From a virus (lineage: Duplodnaviria; Caudoviricetes): a stretch of 58,283 bases of DNA. The translations under genes and the position numbers were made by a program. Location of the stretch: the IMG/VR virus record IMGVR_UViG_3300020477_000026, positions 1 to 58,283 of that record. The stretch is one strand, 5' to 3'. Of the stretch, positions 56,460 through 58,283 are shown piece by piece (positions within the stretch are counted from its first letter, which is position 1; every line of letters begins with the position of its first letter). Below the pieces are notes generated by a model that saw only the letters and a program-made list of their open reading frames with translations, was not told the DNA's origin and ran no database searches.

Positions 56460-56814
56460 CAGGATTCCTCAATAATATAGCTCCATTCTCACCATCTTCA
56501 CTGACCTCGATCTTTATCTTACGGCCAGGATAATGTTGTTCTATATATTTAGCTAAGTCTTCAGCAAGCATCTCACAACTTTTGTGATCTATTTCCATCG
56601 TACCATTACCATATAACTTTTCAAGTTCACGCTTAAACAGAATGAACTCAATCTCTCTATCATCATGAAATACTTGCACTTGTACATTGAAGTGAAACAT
56701 ATGACGATGGGGATAAGCTAGAAACTCAATTCCCGGCATCTTATCGGCATCGGGCCACCGATGTATTCCTTCCTTCTGGAAGGTTACAAAAATCCACGTG
56801 CTATTCATAGCCAT
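56449..56814 (-). CDS. QueD-like (6-carboxytetrahydropterin synthase, T-fold) protein
   Basis: EGIH, HRHMFH, DREIEF, SCEMLA, VSEDGENG. Confidence 0.65.
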   Translation of the reverse strand: MAMNSTWIFVTFQKEGIHRWPDADKMPGIEFLAYPHRHMFHFNVQVQVFHDDREIEFILFKRELEKLYGNGTMEIDHKSCEMLAEDLAKYIEQHYPGRKIKIEVSEDGENGAILLRNPDVH

Positions 56815-56829
56815 AACAAATTCTCCATG

Positions 56830-57276
56830 TTAAAAGTTCATCTCAGCACTCACCGTGCCATGATAAGACTTTAGTTTCTTATTCAATTGCCACACATTAT
56901 CATTAGCCCGATTAAAGATTTCTATCAATCGGTCTTCGGTGAGGTAATCCGGAAGGAGGAAGAACTCAGTTATCCCTCCCATACCATCTAGTGTACCAGA
57001 CGGTAAATCAAAATGCTCCTCTAGCTGAAAGTCTTTTGGACATAGTGCTTTAAATGCATGCTCCATACCAAAAGCTGCCGCTCGAGCAAGACTGTAAGAC
57101 TCACTACTGCAGTAAACAGAAGCAAGTTCCTCAATCTTAAATAAATCGTAGCCTGGGTGATGAAATTTTGAACTCTTCCCAAAACGGTCCTCCAATAACC
57201 TACTATGTGACTTGGATATACCAGTCTTGTAAGCCTGCTTGTCATTACAACTCCACTTGAGCAAATAATTATTCAT
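56830..57276 (-). CDS. Hypothetical protein (weak GIY-YIG/T5orf172-like N-terminus)
   Basis: YLLK...AYKTGIS...R...E...G.TEFF. Confidence 0.45.
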   Translation of the reverse strand: MNNYLLKWSCNDKQAYKTGISKSHSRLLEDRFGKSSKFHHPGYDLFKIEELASVYCSSESYSLARAAAFGMEHAFKALCPKDFQLEEHFDLPSGTLDGMGGITEFFLLPDYLTEDRLIEIFNRANDNVWQLNKKLKSYHGTVSAEMNF

Positions 57277-57286
57277 TGGTCAACTC

Positions 57287-57988
57287 TCAGTTTAAGATAG
57301 ACAGTCCTCTTGCAATGTTGAGGAACTCACGACGCATCTCAGATGACTGCTCAGCAAACACACCCTCGACAGCTAGTGTACAAGTGCTTGATCCAGTATC
57401 TTGAATCCCTCTACTCTTTACACAATAGTGCACCGCTTCAAGATATACAGCAACATCAGGTGTACCAGTAACAAACGAGATCGTTGCAGCAATCTGCTCA
57501 GTCAGTCTCTCTTGGACTTGAGGGCGCTTTGCAAAGAACTCTACGATACGATTCAACTTAGACAATCCAAGAACCTTAGCCTTAGGAATGTATGCAACAC
57601 AGGCCTTACCATCAATCACAACAAGATGGTGTTCACAGTTAGATTGGACATTGACATTACGTTCAACCACAAATGAGCCAGGTGAGTTCTTACCCATCTT
57701 ATTCTCAATCGTAGTACACTTAGGAAACTGGCTGTAATCCAATCCCCAAAAGATTTCTTTGACCCACATCTTAGCAACACGATTAGGTGTATCCATCAGT
57801 GAGTCGTCAGTAAGATCAAGACCGAGCGCCTTTAGTGCCTCAGTCATCTGACCTTTGATGAGCTCAATCTTTTGCTCAGCAGGCATATTTACCTTATCGG
57901 TCATTGGTGTTTCAAGACCAATGCTTTCCAGATGGTCTTTTACTTTCTGACCCAATACAGGATCAGACTTATAATCGGGGTGGCTCAT
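57287..57988 (-). CDS. folE: GTP cyclohydrolase I
   Basis: TPNRVAKM, SNCEHH, GLSKLNR, RPQVQERLT, HYCVKSRG; AGGAG SD before ATG 57988. Confidence 0.92.
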   Translation of the reverse strand: MSHPDYKSDPVLGQKVKDHLESIGLETPMTDKVNMPAEQKIELIKGQMTEALKALGLDLTDDSLMDTPNRVAKMWVKEIFWGLDYSQFPKCTTIENKMGKNSPGSFVVERNVNVQSNCEHHLVVIDGKACVAYIPKAKVLGLSKLNRIVEFFAKRPQVQERLTEQIAATISFVTGTPDVAVYLEAVHYCVKSRGIQDTGSSTCTLAVEGVFAEQSSEMRREFLNIARGLSILN

Positions 57989-58283
57989 CTTTTCTCCTTC
58001 TCCGGTGGCAGTTCCCACGGGAATATAATCCAGTCTTTAGTATCTATTGATTTAGCTTTGAAGTCAACATTAAATATACTGGACGTCCTTTCCCACAATG
58101 CTGCGGTTTTTATATTTTGTTTGACACGGCGTGGACCTAGAACATTGGCATCTGCAATATCTTCGAGTATTTGTGAGAATGTTTCACCAGAGTCGTTGAT
58201 ATCGTCCACTAGCAGAACCTGTTGATCACGAGACAAATAAAGACTTTCTTTGATTGCTCCGTCCCTCAATTGCCAAGTAATAC
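57985..58283 (-). CDS. Type I phosphoribosyltransferase, 5' end outside window
   Basis: LLVDDINDSGET PRPP-binding motif; WIIFPWE (Gpt-like). Confidence 0.8.
   Translation of the reverse strand, partial: ITWQLRDGAIKESLYLSRDQQVLLVDDINDSGETFSQILEDIADANVLGPRRVKQNIKTAALWERTSSIFNVDFKAKSIDTKDWIIFPWELPPEKEKR

Noticed and set aside
56830-57276. Homing endonuclease within the que cluster
   Set aside because: Resemblance is weak, with no clear GIY-YIG or HNH motif and no intron context.

Overview
This is a 58 kb segment of a T4-like myophage genome, probably marine. The host is inferred to be an alphaproteobacterium from an FtsZ-tail-like motif, a ROSE-like thermometer, a class II RNR and an EcnAB-like lipoprotein. 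The right ~47 kb (minus strand) carries the T4-type replication core (gp45, gp44, gp62, RegA, gp43, UvsX, gp41, gp61), NrdJ, ThyX, RuvC-like, Hsp20, lysozyme, spanins, virion and internal-head-type proteins, and a FolE/QueD-like/TGT-like (7-deazaguanine) cluster. The left ~11 kb is a divergent early region followed by a plus-strand cluster of modifying enzymes. The most striking feature is 356-1476: 1,121 nt with no C on the + strand (no G on the template strand). It holds three acidic, mutually similar ORFs, a micro-ORF and their own C-free sigma70-like promoters. It is bracketed exactly by inward-facing copies of a 20-bp motif and by inverted outward-firing early promoters. No rRNA, tRNA or CRISPR array was recognised. 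All calls come from reading the sequence and recalled family motifs; no database search was run.
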